From Marsupella aquatica (taxonomy: Eukaryota > Plantae > Marchantiophyta): a DNA stretch of 64,000 bases. Location of the stretch: NCBI GenBank assembly GCA_973895155.1, contig OZ316891.1:19121048-19185047 (forward strand), written 5' to 3'. A program made the position numbers and the translations under genes. Under the pieces are notes generated by a model. It ran no database searches. It was not told the origin of the DNA and saw only the letters and a program-made list of their open reading frames with translations. This document shows, piece after piece, positions 40,001-52,125 of this stretch (positions are counted from its first letter, which is position 1; each line of letters starts with the position of its first letter).

Positions 40001-41005
40001 CAGTTCTTGTGGAGTGGAATGTCCATACTCGGTCCATAACTCAGAGTATTCTTCATAGTCTGGCTGTCACAACTTGGTATCATTCCCTCGCGCTCTTCAA
40101 TTATATATCGTACAGTATTGTTTGGTGATGCATGTGTTCATACGCAGATTTTCTAGCTTCTGGCAGGTCCATGACCTCGAAGTCTTGTGGCCTTCTCGAC
40201 AAAGATTTGACTTACTTATATTGACTAGCTTCAACAAGAAAAGACGAGGCTAGAAATTTTACGGGTGACAGAGAACGCTTCAGGTCGGTTAGAATCTGAG
40301 GGTACACGGAGTCAGCTTTCCCAAGGAAATCACCGTACACAGCACGTCGTCTTCCACGTCCATGATTGTGCCCAAGTTCAAGTATATCTTCACTCCAATT
40401 GTTCACAGTATCAATTGGACGAGCGAGGGACTAAAAAGATACTGCATCTAAGGTTTCAATGGACAAAAGTGCGTACACGGTCTAGCTTAGTGCCCTAACC
40501 ATGGCCAAGACCCGGGCCAAGATCAATCTGCTCTTTGCATTTACCTTTTTTTGAAGTAGATCTAGAGGCAGACAAGTTTCTTTTCTCTTCTTTGTCCTAG
40601 TTTTCTGACAAATCCTCTATGAATTGTTCTAAATTATACAGGAGCCGATGCCAACACTGTTCAAGCTAATATCTTTTTGCGGTAAAAACTTAGTCCCATG
40701 TTCTGATCCTTTAGCAGGGTAAATGTAAAGTTCTGCATATCCCACCTGAAAAGTGAAAAGTGAAAAGCATCGTCGTCCAACCTTTGGATTGGATACCATG
40801 CTAGTTGTTGGGTGTACTTCATGTAAATTCCAGTTGATACAGATCACAAGAGAAGCAGCTTGAGAGGAGTCTAGGTTCGAGATTTAGACTGGTATAGACT
40901 AGACAAAATGGGAATCAGAATGGAAAGCTTGGGTATTGACAGACATCCGGCCTATATTCTTTGGCGTGGAAAGGGGAGAGATAGGAGGAGCTTGGGCTCG
41001 AGATT

Positions 41006-41026
41006 TAGAGAGAGAGAGAGAGAGAG
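41006..41026. repeat. (AG)n microsatellite
   Basis: agagagagagagagagag is directly visible. Confidence 0.9.
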
Positions 41027-43783
41027 GTCTAAGGCTTCAAGGAATGATTGACAATCATTTACCTGATGAAACCTGCATTACACAGCCACCAGAATGATTT
41101 GATATGGAGACTGATGCTTTATCTTAAATTTCTGGTTCACGTGGTACCACACTCGAGTAAAACAGGCAACATGAGCCCATGGACAGGCTTGCGTTCCCTT
41201 GCTAGTCAGACTCGGGAGCTGGGCTTTTGGCATGTTTTGGATACAATATGATTATTCTGACTGACATTTTCTTGTGGAGTAACCTGTGCTAGGATCAACA
41301 ACACGAACTGTACCAGTATCCTCCGAAATAATTCCAAGCGTCATTCACTCATTCTCAATGATCTGAATTTATTGGGAGTGCTGGAGCTCAATCTCTAGTT
41401 GAACTCTTGAAGTCTTCCTACAATAAAGAGCCTGGGCCTGGGCATTTCGAAGCTCCAAAGGTAATTGGAATCCTAGAAAGTTTACTTTACAGTACATGAG
41501 CAGTTCCAGCAGATTTACTGTTTGATTCCTCGAAATTATCGGTAGTTCAGTACAGTAGTACAGTACAGTTCGCTTTCCGGGGGCCGATGTTTTGGTCTCT
41601 AGGTCTTCGGCAAAAGGATCTTCATGGCGTTCAGAGGGGATGGCGGCTACCAAGACGGCTTGTTTTGGCCATATGGCAGAGGATTAGCTTTCACAGGCTT
41701 CATGCTAGAATGATTCAAGTTAACTGATCAAACTTGCGAAATTGGCGGATCAGTGGATGGGGAGATTCTCATGTACTGTAGTCTTCGATAGGGCAGTGGC
41801 GGCTACGTACCTACAGAGGTGCCTTTTGTTGGCCACTGAGATGATCATCATAAAGTACTCGACGATCTTCCAAAGGAACCTACCACTATGTGAAGTAGTC
41901 CATGCGGTCAATACGGTTGAGAGTGACCACAGCTTGAAATTGCTGGCAACTGTTACTATGCGCCATCAATTTTCCACTGCTAGGGATTTTCTAAGGGTTT
42001 TTTAAATGCCCGGATGAACTATCCCACTGATCGACTAGACAAACTGAGGACCTCAAGCGCTCAGTAGAAATGTAGAATGCTGGACATAACGAATCTAAGA
42101 AATGACCCCTTACGTGGATTGCACAATGCTCATCTCTCTTTGTCCCCCAAGCCGACAGACAGTCCTGACGAGTGGAGCTGAGCCTTGCCGTGAAGAACTG
42201 CCCTGCCTACCTGCTCAAGTAAGTTTTAGTCTTTCAGACGCCAAGCGGCGTGGCTGAGTCCACCTGCAGCAAGTTCACCGAAAGCATTGCAAACAAGCAA
42301 GCGTCCTCGCGGAATTTCTGGGCCACCCTCACTGCTCATTTTGATGTGGTGACCTACCCGTCTTGGACCAGCCATGTAATTAAAGGGCTCTTACCTGTCG
42401 GGCGCGAGCTGCTGCACAGCACAGTGCTTCTGTACTAACCTCCGCGCCTTATCTTTTGGAAAGCTTTTCAACGATTCGGGCACTCGATCATTGGACTGAC
42501 TGACATCACAAAGCTCCGTAAATGGATGATAGAAGTGTTGAATTCCCGAAGGCGGAGGAGGATCATTCTGCGCACTCCACCCACTACTACCGGAAAGCAA
42601 AATTTGTTCTATGTTGAACCAGTAGCACTGCCACAAACGCATCCTCGATATCGCTCACCTAATTAAAACACTCGCTATCCCCTTTCCCTGCTGCCCTATT
42701 CCCTGTCCGCCTCGTTCCAGCAGAGCTGCTACTCGATGGATAGTCTGTTTTAATCTGCACATAGCGGATCCAACTTAATAGGGCGGGTAGAAGGTCCAGT
42801 GCTCGCTCCCGTCATGCCTCATGGCTTGGGCGTGACCTGATGAGAGCAGCATCCCTCCCTGACTCTACCGTAACCGTCTACAACAGTAGAAACCTTCGCA
42901 TCCAGGGCCGTGATAGCTCATAGCTGGACTCAATCAAAGAGAAGAGGCTGGAGAGTCACTGTACACTCACCGAGGTGAGTCACGTAATTGTCTAATTGAT
43001 GCTCGCTCGCTTGCTTGCTTGCTAGCGAGCCACTGTAGTGCGATTCGTCTCGCGAACCCTGTACACTACGTCAACTCGTCCTGTTCAACGTGAACTTTGT
43101 TCGAGGAGCGCGGCCTACGGACCGAGAGCAGCAGCAGCTGCTCCATTAGGGCGTCTCAAACGTCGACCAGTGATTGAGTGAAGAGTCCAGGTCTCCGGGA
43201 GGACCGGGACGCACTCCAGGAAGATGCCATTCGCTGCACGATGATCGATCCTCCGAGACCTGAAAGCTAGCTAGATTGTAGACATCCTGCACAACAGAGC
43301 GCGCCATGCCGGCCTACAGCAATCGTGGTAGCAAGACTATGGTTGCGCGTAGGCCACCCAGCCAGCTAACCAGCCAACGATTTCGTTGCACTACAGGTAC
43401 TATAGATAAAATTTTGAAACCTGATCCCGAGTCTACACAGCTACAGTACTACATTCGGATCGATCCGAACTGGTACTTCGTGACGTCTCGCGCTCCAGGC
43501 ACTTATCGGTACGGTATGCAGGCAATGTAATTCCTTTTCGGGCTCTAATTAATCACATTGGCTGTGGTCTCCTGGATCAGAGAGTGCAGTCCGACCCATG
43601 GCCCCACGAGCATGCCTCAGTGCCTGTGCTTCACAGTCCTGTCCGTTGATATCGTTCAGTTCCCACTGGTGGTCCTCCAATGCAATCATCCTTGGCTCTA
43701 CAGTTGCAACCTCAAAGGTGGAGGAGCTGTGGCACTACGAACACCCTCATGAAGCCCTAGATCACGATGTCGCCAACGAATCT

Positions 43784-43978
43784 TGACCCAATCATGGCAT
43801 TCAATTGAAGAATCGCAGGCATCGAGATGATCCACAGTTTTCTGATCATGCATGAGGAGATTGTGATGCCACGAAAAACCCCTGACCCAACCATGGAATT
43901 GAATTGTGGAATCGCAGGCATCGAGGTGATCCACAAGTTTCCTGATCATACACGTCGAGACAGATTGTGATGGCACAG
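43784..43978. repeat. ~99-bp tandem duplication
   Basis: tgacccaa.catgg.att.aattg..gaatcgcaggcatcgag.tgatccaca...ctgatcat at 43784 and 43883. Confidence 0.85.
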
Positions 43979-44328
43979 GAATTCCGAATCCCTAGTCACT
44001 TTTTCCCCTGGAAACAATTGTGGAGAATTCAGTTCCAGGAGCCCAGTTTACCTCGGGAATTGAATTGTTGTCCCCGGCGCATTGCACGATGGTCGACGTT
44101 TCCTCTACACTTCTACAGTGAGTGCCTTTTGAAACCCAGAGAATCAGGGACTGTTGAAGTTGAAGTGCATCCCATCCGGTCCCGCTTCTTGAGAAAACTG
44201 CCCTCCTCAGGGGCCCAGTGACCATTAATTGCAATCGTGACAGCAGGAGAGCTCCTGCTTGTGAGATCTCCGTGACCCTCTATCTGATGGCTTGAGATTC
44301 TGAAAGCGTGTGAGGAGGGTGGCTCTAG

Positions 44329-44600
44329 AAGGCAAGGCTTGAGATCTCTATGTGATGCGGGGTGGCTGTACAATGTGGGCATTGTGGGGGCACTTCTCTC
44401 GTATTTTGCATTACTAGGCAAGGCTTGAGATCTCTATGTGATGAGGGGTGGCCGCACAACGTGGGGGCACTTCTCTCCTATGGCAAGGCTGAATATCTCT
44501 ACGTGATGAGGGTGGCTCTACAAGTTGTGTGTGTGTGTGTGTGTGTGTGTGGGGGGGGGAGGGGGGCGGGGCGTGCGGGGGGCACACAACTCTCCTACCG
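44329..44600. repeat. Three imperfect 65-90-bp tandem units ending in (GT)n and G-runs
   Basis: ggcaaggct(t)ga.atctcta.gtgatg.gggtggc near 44330, 44417 and 44482; (GT)n at 44526-44550. Confidence 0.8.
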
Positions 44601-44705
44601 CGGTTACTAGCTTGTATCTAGCCTGTAACCCTGTGACCGGAAAATGAGAAAAAGTTGACTGGCGACAGCGGGGAGTTTGACCAGGCCCTTCAGTTTGCTG
44701 CTCAC

Positions 44706-44865
44706 TAGGGTTTTTTTGGTTTTAGTGTTCTATTGTGGAAAACTCCCGTTGGGAAGTCTCTGGCTTTGTTGGTCATTGGTCTTCCTGGGGTTTTCTCCCC
44801 TTTATTGGATCTATTATGTGTCCAAACTAAGTACCTTTTGTGTTTTGGCAGTGTGATACATATAC
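44706..44865 (+). mobile_element. Dispersed repeat, probably the 3' end of a non-LTR retroelement; related copies at ~11283-11385 (+) and ~62695-62810 (-)
   Basis: Shared tctcccctt(t)attgg and ccttttgtgttttggcagt motifs. The 62.7-kb copy reads ggcgttttttgttctttggcggtga on the minus strand. The LINE/SINE identity is inference. Confidence 0.5.
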
Positions 44866-47800
44866 TTCTCTCATCCTAGACATACAAAGCCATCAATCAC
44901 AGCATAGAAAATGGATTTTTATCGAGAAGAGAATAATCTAACTATATCATCACAATCACAAGGTATTCTTCAGGTCTTCCCTCTAGACTGTGACTCTGGC
45001 AGCCTAACTGAAGTAATTGGGGTGCAAGTGGAAAATGGGGATTGAGGCCAAGCTAGGCCAGTCTGAAAATGGCTCAGCAGGCTTCAATGTCCTCACCACT
45101 ATTTATGTTCAACAATTGGGGCACTCAAGTTAGTTTATCTAGTAAAGCAAGATCAAAAGGTAGGATAAGGGCCTACCTTCTATAGTGAAGCCCCTAAATA
45201 AACCGTCACTTTGGGGGCACAGCTACAGTAGGGTGGAGGTTAGGGGAGCATCGGGAACATGCACAATGTTTTTCTCCACCTATTTGAATGTGAGTAAAAC
45301 TCAGGCATTCAGGCTACTCGTAGTGAAACAAACAAAACGAGAGGCGAGGAGAGGAGAGTTGGATGGACATAAAGATAGATTTAACAATGTACCCCATGGG
45401 TGTAGCTAGAGAACCCTGGTACGTCTACATAATGTAATCATTAAATCATACTCTTATAACAGTATTTACAGTTTCTTAGAGTACTTCCCTCCCTTTATGC
45501 TACACAATCGTTTGGCATGTCCGTCCTGGTTCCTAGAACAAACTGGTGGGGGCTTTCATTCCTGGGGTCCTCCTCACTTATTTTATTCCAACCCATTGTG
45601 TGCATGCAAATAAGTGAGAGGTAATTCTGTTTTACTGGGCAGAAGACTTCAAAAGTTTTATTGAAGAACTTTTTTTATGGGTGTTTGATCCAAGTTCAAG
45701 AATCATAAGGTTTTGATCGGTACCAATCTTGGGAACATTCCCAGAGTATTCTATAACTTAGGTAGGGGTAAAAATAGTATTAAAACTTAGTATTTTTCTT
45801 ATGTTTTTGGGTGTTTATTACCCAAAAACAAAGAGGCGTGGCTTTGTGTCAACTCACTTGAGTTGAGACTTATAGATCTAGTGTTCAAAATGTTCTGAGT
45901 GACTGTTCCCTTTCTTTGGGGTTTTTAAGATATCAATGAAAAAACTTTACACGTGATATGATATTTGCCCTTGGAGTGAGGCGCCTGAGCTTTCATTTCA
46001 AAAGATTCTTGGGCTGGAGTTTGTCTTTAGAACAAGGATTTACCCTCCTTATTACTTTGGTGAAAAAGGCCACACTCAAGAAATGTAAAGCCACCTGAGT
46101 CGGATTCTGGAACCACACTCTTCCATTTGTGATAATCAAACACTGAAAAGCAATCCCGCCAAATGGCAGATCATTTAGTTATTACAGAAAGCAAAAAAGG
46201 CAGGATTAAATATGCTCATTTGCCAAAAAGAGAGTTTCTCTGCACCGTCAGATCCACCTATGCACCCCCCTCTTGCCTCAGCTGCCCTATTCCTGCCCAT
46301 AAAGAACCAAAGAAATAAATGAATTCTCAATGTCAGAGTGCTTGGACTCTGCATGCCACTCCTGCCACCTAATGACCTTGCAACCTTGCCCTCCCCAACA
46401 ACAACACTTATCAAAATGATAACATTTCCGTAACAACAATCAGCCACCCAACTGAAACAATGAGGCTTGTGCACCCAAAACATGACTACAGATATTGCCT
46501 CAATGCCCCCTAGACAGTTTCATCTTAGTTAATTGCTAGGACTGCATGCAACTCTCCTAAAGATGATGACTGAGTCTTGCAATTTGCTATTGTGTTGTGC
46601 CAATGCTCTTTCTGTATCTGAGCAGGGACATCACAAGGCAAAAGAACTATGAGACCAGAGTTTCTTATAGGGCAGTTCTCTCACAACCACATATCATGGG
46701 ACTGTGAGTGTGCAAATCATATGGCCATAGCCACCAGAAGATTGCAAAGGGTTATGAAATTCCAAGAGAAGCCACAAGCTTCAAGTCTTTGATTAAACAG
46801 CGTTCATCATAGATAATGCAAGACAGGTCATGACCAAATGAATATTCCCAAACCAGCCAGAAAAGGTCAGGAGTCTGACTCCAATTGACATCCCCATTTA
46901 CACCAAATGCAGGAGTAGGACATGGACATAACAACAAAAAGCATAATTACAACAGAGAGACTGCATAATGATGCATGAGCTATTACTATACCTATATCAA
47001 TGTCACTTGGATGATGGAACACTGAAAAATAACACTCTCTTTTTTTGTCTTATTTGCAATTTTTTGCCTCATCTCTACATTTATGTGCAAAAGACGGTGG
47101 GTGTTGTGGCACCAACAACCACATGATCACAAGGACAATCCTTGCTTGCAACTCTTTGCCTCCATCACCTTGACACTTTTATGCTATGCACAGAAACAGC
47201 GGCACCAATGACAACAGTCATGGATGGGCAAAACGGCCGTAATGACAGTTGTGCAACACGTGCACTATCAAGCACATGACCGCCACAACACCATGGATGC
47301 AACAACAATATGACAGTCATGATTGCAATGACAACTGTGCAATGCAGCGGCATTAGGCTAGTTATTCTATCACCAGCCCAAACACCCAGTCATGCTCATG
47401 CACAGGAAAGACTCCCTCCGCCAAACCCAGACTCCGACGCCCATCTCATCCTTCAAAAATGCTTGAATGAAAGAACCAAAGTTTGGAAATTTGTGGACCA
47501 CCTGTGGAGGAACCTGTGGTCCAATTCCATCTACAAAATATCCACATCAGCATTTTTGTGTGTGCCCATTGCTTGCCCTGTAGGATTGGCAGACACCATA
47601 CCTGAATGGACTGAGTTTTTGTAAATCCAAATCAGAGCTTCGGGCTAAAGAAGCAATGGGCCCACTACATCTTGTAAAGCCACCCTTAGATCTCGACGTG
47701 ACCCCCTTTCTGATGGCTTCAGAGCTTTTGTTTTGCAGTGTGGATGGGAAAGCCCTTTGTGTATTTTGCTATTGAAATATTTTCTTTGATTGCATTTACT

Positions 47801-47899
47801 GGCCAAAAAGGCTGGCATTCAAGACAAAACCAAAAATAAATTATATTGCTAAATGAGTCCTGTGGATGTTTCTGAAACCCTGTCGTCCAAAGGATCCTC

Positions 47900-48850
47900 T
47901 TGGGATTCGGGGTCAGCAGGTAGGTCTCAGGTTCAGGGCCCCTCTCTCTGGGTGTGTGGGTTGGGCCAAGAGCCCTACTTCATGCATGCCTTCCACCCTC
48001 CATTTGTTTCGCCTAGGGATGGCTCGCCAAGTGATCCAACCGAAGACTTTTTTGATTTTGTCTGAAGAGGAACAGGATTCAAGACTGAGAGGGGGTGTCA
48101 CCCAAGATATTTGAAAAGTTAGTGGAGATCCTTGGGGACGATCTCTTGGGAGCCTATGCCTTGGGGGCAAGTGTGCTACCCAAGAAATTTGAAGGTGGAA
48201 ATCCTTTGGGACCATCTTTGGGAATATACGACTTGGGAGAAAGTGCTCATAGAATAAGCTTCCAACTGCCATCCAGGATTGGGATTGGGATTGGGATTTG
48301 GGGCAGTAGGCCTCACGATCAAGACTCATGACCCCTCTCTCACTGGATGTTTGGGGTTGGTGGGTTGGGCAAAGTGCCATACAATTTCCGGGGATTTGGG
48401 TCCAGGAGGTAGTTCTGAAGTTCAAGGCTCCTCTCTCACTGGGTGTTAGGGGGGGGGGGGGGGGGCGTAGGGTAGGGTTTAGGGGCAAGTGTCATACAAA
48501 TCTCTGGCAGGAGACAAGCTTCTATGCCATGAGACCTATTTGAAAAGTAGTGAGCCTTTTCGTGCAGATATCTGAAAATTCTGACAAAAAGCATCCTCTC
48601 AGTAAAGTACATACTCTTTCCTGTCCCTACAATAAAAAGGTACCATGAAAAGAAATTCAAATTGAACCAATTTTTCAAAAGGTTTTCGTAACTATTTAGG
48701 ACGAAATTGTCTTTTATAATTTGAAAAGTTTCATCACCTGTGTAATACCACTTCACGTTACGAATTGGGCTTTTAGAGGATTAGGATTAGGATCTGGAGG
48801 CAGGAGGTCTCGGGTTCAATGCCCCTCGTTTACTTGGTGTGGGGGGAGGG
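47900..48850 (+). repeat. Four dispersed ~70-bp G-rich units with a tRNA B-box-like core
   Basis: gg(g)att.gg...ggt.t..(g/a)gttca...cccctc...tgggtgt near 47901, 48290, 48389 and 48790. The best B-box-like copy is ggtctcgggttcaatgccc at ~48806. Confidence 0.45.
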
Positions 48851-50054
48851 TTGGTTCAATTCCAAGGTAAGTGGGTCAAAAATTAAGCATGGAATAACTG
48901 TTATTTTCATTTGCTACAGGACAAGATAGTGAAGCAAGTTCCGGAATAAACATGCTATACAATGTGCTATATCCAGATTCCTTGGGCTGGAAATTGCTGT
49001 TTGACCAAACTCAAGTCTAGAATTCCCTATCAACTTGCAAGTTTGATTGCACATACCAAACTTCAGACAACCCATAGCTTGTTAGAAGTGGAATTGAATC
49101 AGCTTAGCCATCATTCGCTCTGATGATGTTTATCAATCTGATGTTGATTTGATATATGTAATTACATTTTCTTGATGCACTTGAGCTAGTTTTTTCTGAG
49201 GAATTTTAAAGACTTCTTTGGGCAGGGTAGGAATAGTAAATCCATGTTCCTGCACATTAATCTGACTGGATCTCTCTAGGATGGTAGAGATGGGCCGCTT
49301 AACAAATACAAGGTATCTAGTCAAGCTAAGTGAAATATTCCTTGTGAACTCTTGTTCATCGTCAATCGGGACTGTCACTTGTCAATTACCTGGATTGTTC
49401 ATTCTTATTCCTTACTGCTACCAAATTGAGATTGAAGTTTTTACAGATTGAAGCTGAGATTGTTAGTACTGTAAATATTGGCCATCTTGATTTGCATGAT
49501 AAGTAGATAATTATTAAAGTTTTGAGCTCATCTAACAAAATATCTTGGGGTGCTAGCTTGCAATACCTAGAAAGAATTTTTTTTATGAAATGTTTTAGAA
49601 ATATTCTGAGCATCCTGGTGTAAAACACTGGGTTTTACAGATATGACAACAGTCAAAATAATATTATTGCCTTGTGCTGTTTCCTAAATGAAAAATAATA
49701 AACTTTTTACATAAGTCCTCTGACTACAGTATGAGACACATAAGTCTTTGCAGCAAAAATTAGAAGCCAAATTTTGGATGGTAAAACAATGGTGGTCAAG
49801 GACGGCCTTCTTGGAGATGGCAAGAACAGTGGCTGTGGCTTTCACCACTAGGGCTGGTAAATGGAATGGAAAACCGTGAGATTTGTGAAATTTTACCGAT
49901 ACTTGGTTAATATGATTTCCCAGAAAATGTTTACCCTATGCAAACTTTGGCCCATCCTTGGGGACAGCCTTCTACAACGTTCTTATAACCATCTTTGATT
50001 ATTTTAGTATTTTTTTAAAGTATTTAAAAGGGATATCCCTTGCCAAGGGAACAG

Positions 50055-50121
50055 CCAATCACAATATTTGAATCCAAGACCTATGAGTCACCACTCAAGT
50101 GAGCTACCACACAGCCATGCC
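50055..50121 (-). mobile_element. Degenerate tRNA-derived SINE head
   Basis: The minus strand reads ggcaTGGCTGTGTGGtagctcact...ggtcttGGATTCAAAT, with A-box-like and degenerate B-box motifs at tRNA spacing. No cloverleaf. Confidence 0.35.
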
Positions 50122-51888
50122 TCTCTGGGCATCTTAGGAAATGTTTCACAACACGACAACTACATAAGGAGGTCATTCTTGATATCATCGTAGACTCTAT
50201 AATCTTGTTAGGTCTTACTGACTTTTGTGGTTGATATTTTGGATTAGACTCAGCAAACTTGAGAAGGGGACCCTTGTCTATTACTTTTAATGTTTATGTT
50301 TGCCACAGCCTTGTGTTATGGAGTACCCATCACATAATTCAAAAAATTATGCCTTTTCCTAGGCTACTCACATATGCTATTTTAAGGAAATAAAAAAAAT
50401 TAATGGCATCTGCATGGCACCCTCTGTTTCCCTTTGTCGTTGGTATTTTGATTGTCCTCCTGGTCAGAGGCACACACATAGACCTTGACAGAGATGGGAG
50501 AAGGAAGGAACTATAACTTTTAGTCTAGAGCCCTCCCTAGCTAGCTGGGAAAGTATTACTAAAATTAAATCAGTCAATATTGTTTGCTTCATGTCTTATC
50601 TCAAATTACCAATGATAAATATGGATGGTCCCATTGTAGGCTTACATGATTGTGATACTCCTCTCACATGCATGTGTAAAACTTGTGACTCAGTCACTCC
50701 ACCCATTATTTTACTAACTTGGCTGTGCTACACTCCTAATTGATTTTGCTCTGCCAGTCACCTCATCAGCCTTGAATGATGACTTCTTCACATTTTTTCA
50801 ATCTTCTTGAGCTCTTGTTTGAAGCTATCAAGCTCAGATTTACAATTTGCACTTGAAATTTTTGGAATTCATCAATGTTACTATTGTTAAATATCACGGG
50901 ACAGTCCAACTCAAAACTCACAAATTTATATAAACTAAACATGGTCAAAGAATACATTGCTTGGAATTGTTGAAGCAAACCTTATTTTAATAGATTCATA
51001 AGAATTATATCTCTTGCTGTTCTTGATCCTTCTTCCAACTCTATCACCTCTCAAGTTAAATTACATCATATTCAACCAACAAAAATTGTATACACTTGCT
51101 ACTGTCTTCATAAGTGTCATAGGAGGGTTTGATATGTATCCAAACCTCAAAAACTCACATAATTGTTTGATCACCAAAAAATGTTTCCACCTTGCATATT
51201 TTTATTATAATTTTCAAGGTTGGTCCAAAACGCAAGCACCAGGACCCACTCTTAGGTAATATGCGGCATACATGAGAAAGAATATGCTAGGTAATTTTTC
51301 TTTATTATGAGGTAATTTTTACAATTCAAATTATATTTAAGCAACCCACAATTCTCTAAGCTTATAACTTTCTCAGTAGAGTAGTGTGTTTGGATGAAAT
51401 TGGCTGTTTGTATTTTCACAGAATGCGGGACCTACTAGGTGTCATTGGGTAAGTGGACCATGTGTCAACATCCAATTGTCGGTACAGTGTCCATGCCTTG
51501 CATTAATATTTTGATACATTCCTATCATGCATTGCAATTAGTGCTTGGCTAGTTTTAAGGGTGTTGGTTTAATTGGGAGGTTTGGGATGGATTTTGCATC
51601 GGTTCTGGTCTTCTCCTCTGTCCTCTGCTTGCCAAGAGTTGCTCACACTATGCTGCCAAATAGACATAGTCCTACCTGTTCCAAAGAGGTGTCATACAAA
51701 ATAAAATGCAGCAATTTAGGTCCCTGCCTCTATTTTCCCCTACCTTGGTTGGAGTGTTGTATCTAAGAATGAAATGAGTGAAGGATAATATTATAATCCC
51801 TCAGTCGTTTTTTTGGTAATAAACTCAAGTGGGATCAAAAGTGACTAAAATTTTGTTTTTCTAATTAAGTAACAAGGGAGATTCCTCA

Positions 51889-52125
51889 GGGGTTTCAGTA
51901 CGTGGAGCTCCCCACATCACTTGCAACAATTTGAAGGCTTAATACCCTAAAACTTAAGAAAAAGTGGAAAAGTACTAAATAACCGTGTCTTTTCGCCAGA
52001 AATTAGACTTAAAAGACCCTAATGTATTTTCACAATAAATTTTAGTTTTTTCCTTTGGAATCAATCAAATATCCCTATAATTCGTTGCACATCATGATGT
52101 ATTGTTTTCATGAAAATGAGACCCC
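51889..52125 (+). mobile_element. MITE family A copy 3
   Basis: ggggtttca...tgagacccc termini with flanks TCA and TAA; internal motifs shared with the 28624 copy. Confidence 0.65.

Noticed and set aside
42672-42866. TAS3-like locus (cgctatccc and atccctccctga resemble miR390 sites)
   Set aside because: Both sites lack the TGAGCT seed-pairing half and need gaps. No clear tasiARF or tasiAP2 sequence lies between them.
42800-42895. Hammerhead ribozyme (stem followed by CUGAUGAG) or a miR160/miR398-like sequence
   Set aside because: No stem II closing onto GAAA and no UH triplet. The miR160 resemblance is only ~13 of 21 nt, and the hairpin has a large asymmetric loop.
47913-48488. 191-aa Pro-rich minus-strand ORF
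   Set aside because: It is derived from G-rich local repeats and has no domain signature.
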